From a virus: a DNA stretch of 39,289 bases. Positions within the stretch are counted from its first letter, which is position 1; each line of letters begins with the position of its first letter. Shown here one piece after another: positions 38,538-39,289 of the stretch. Made by a program: the position numbers and the translations under genes. Location of the stretch: positions 1-39,289 of IMG/VR virus record IMGVR_UViG_3300018839_000003. The stretch is one strand, 5' to 3'. The notes under the pieces are model-generated. The model did no database searches, was not told the origin of the DNA, and saw only the letters and a program-made list of their open reading frames with translations.

Positions 38538-39289
38538 TCAGTTAAGGAGTTGATCCAACTTCGCCCGCGTCTTCGGCCCGTAAATGCCATCGGCGGTCAA
38601 ACCGTGCATCATCTGGAATCGTTTGACTGCGTTTGCCGTTTTCGCCCCGTAATACCCGTCAATGCCGTTATTTTTCGCGCCCTTCTCCGGATAGAAATAA
38701 AGGGCAGCTAGCGCCTCTTGAATCTGCCGGACGGACGTTCCTTTCATCATCGGGCTTTTATATTTGTAAATCCCAGTCGGCAGCGTGTACTTTTTGGCTG
38801 CAGGCTTTTTTGGCGCTTCCTTTTTCGGCTCCGATTTTGTTTTATTACCCAAGATGCTATCGACTTTTTTACGGAATGCTGCCAGTTGGCTTGAATCCTT
38901 CACCCACGGCGCCGGGCAGCTTTTATTTGTAACGTCATAATGCCGCACAATCTTGTCTGTAGAAAGGTCATACCGCTTACATAAATCAGCGACCAATTCA
39001 GCAGCATTTTGAACGGTTTCACTGTGGATCGTGGCATTTTTCTCAACACACATTTCAACGCCGATTGCTGTCGTATTGGCATTTGGCTTTAAAAAACTGA
39101 CATAGCAGCGATTTTGGTCATGTGCATGATAGGCCACTTCATTCTCAGGGATAATCAATTGGGCTTCCTTGCGATCCACAAAATAATGCGCTGAGGCAAA
39201 ACGTTTGTCCGCAATACATGTGCCATTGAAATAATTTCGCTCATTCAGGGCCGACGCGCCGGGCGTGGCCGTCCAGTGCATGACAATAC
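38538..39289 (-). CDS. Endolysin, 3' part: amidase_2 (PGRP-type) catalytic domain plus a C-terminal peptidoglycan-binding repeat
   Basis: Track ORF 38538..39281. C-terminal motif ...GIDGYYGAKTANAVKRFQMMHGLTADGIYGPKTRAKL. The true start is at window position 203, across the junction. Confidence 0.85.
   Translation of the reverse strand, partial: IVMHWTATPGASALNERNYFNGTCIADKRFASAHYFVDRKEAQLIIPENEVAYHAHDQNRCYVSFLKPNANTTAIGVEMCVEKNATIHSETVQNAAELVADLCKRYDLSTDKIVRHYDVTNKSCPAPWVKDSSQLAAFRKKVDSILGNKTKSEPKKEAPKKPAAKKYTLPTGIYKYKSPMMKGTSVRQIQEALAALYFYPEKGAKNNGIDGYYGAKTANAVKRFQMMHGLTADGIYGPKTRAKLDQLLN
39163..39289. repeat. Second copy of the 127-bp terminal overlap
   Basis: Identical to 1-127. Confidence 0.95.

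Noticed and set aside
1-39289. tRNA, rRNA or tmRNA genes
   Set aside because: I scanned for T-loop-like GGTTCGAATCC-type motifs and cloverleaf-sized GC-rich segments and found nothing convincing. The closest strings lie inside coding regions.

Overview
The two ends of the window are identical over 127 bp (1-127 = 39163-39289). The sequence is therefore a closed circle of 39,162 unique bp, and the junction falls inside the endolysin ORF. It is a complete temperate siphovirus-type genome with Bacillus subtilis-group hallmarks: Rap/Phr, a Cheo-type LexA box, and XkdX-, YopX- and RecU-like genes. No database search was run, so all family names come from motif recognition.

Almost all genes are on the minus strand. 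In transcription order they are:
- Early operon from about 29.8 kb: Cro-like HTH, YqaJ exonuclease, RecT, DnaD-like organizer, DnaC-like loader, YopX, RecU, SSB.
- ArpU-family late activator (20.2-20.7 kb).
- A roughly 570-nt ORF-free, GC-rich leader (19.57-20.13 kb).
- Late operon: TerS, TerL, portal, MuF, scaffold, major capsid, connectors, major tail protein with a +1 frameshift FN3 extension, chaperones, tape measure, Dit, Tal, holin, endolysin.

No integrase or recombinase is visible in any frame. Beside the cI-like repressor sits a plasmid maintenance module instead: a RepN/RepA_N-like initiator with internal iterons, a candidate antisense RNA, a ParA ATPase, a ribbon-helix-helix protein and hexamer arrays. 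This points to a phage-plasmid.

Only cI, rap-phr and three candidate small RNAs are on the plus strand. Items most worth follow-up:
- the large structured late leader with an internal terminator;
- a LexA-boxed small ORF next to a repressor that lacks a cleavage domain;
- a RapC/F-like cassette whose Phr ends in ERLMT;
- a consensus-promoter small RNA embedded antisense in the early operon;
- two operator families shared between distant promoters.
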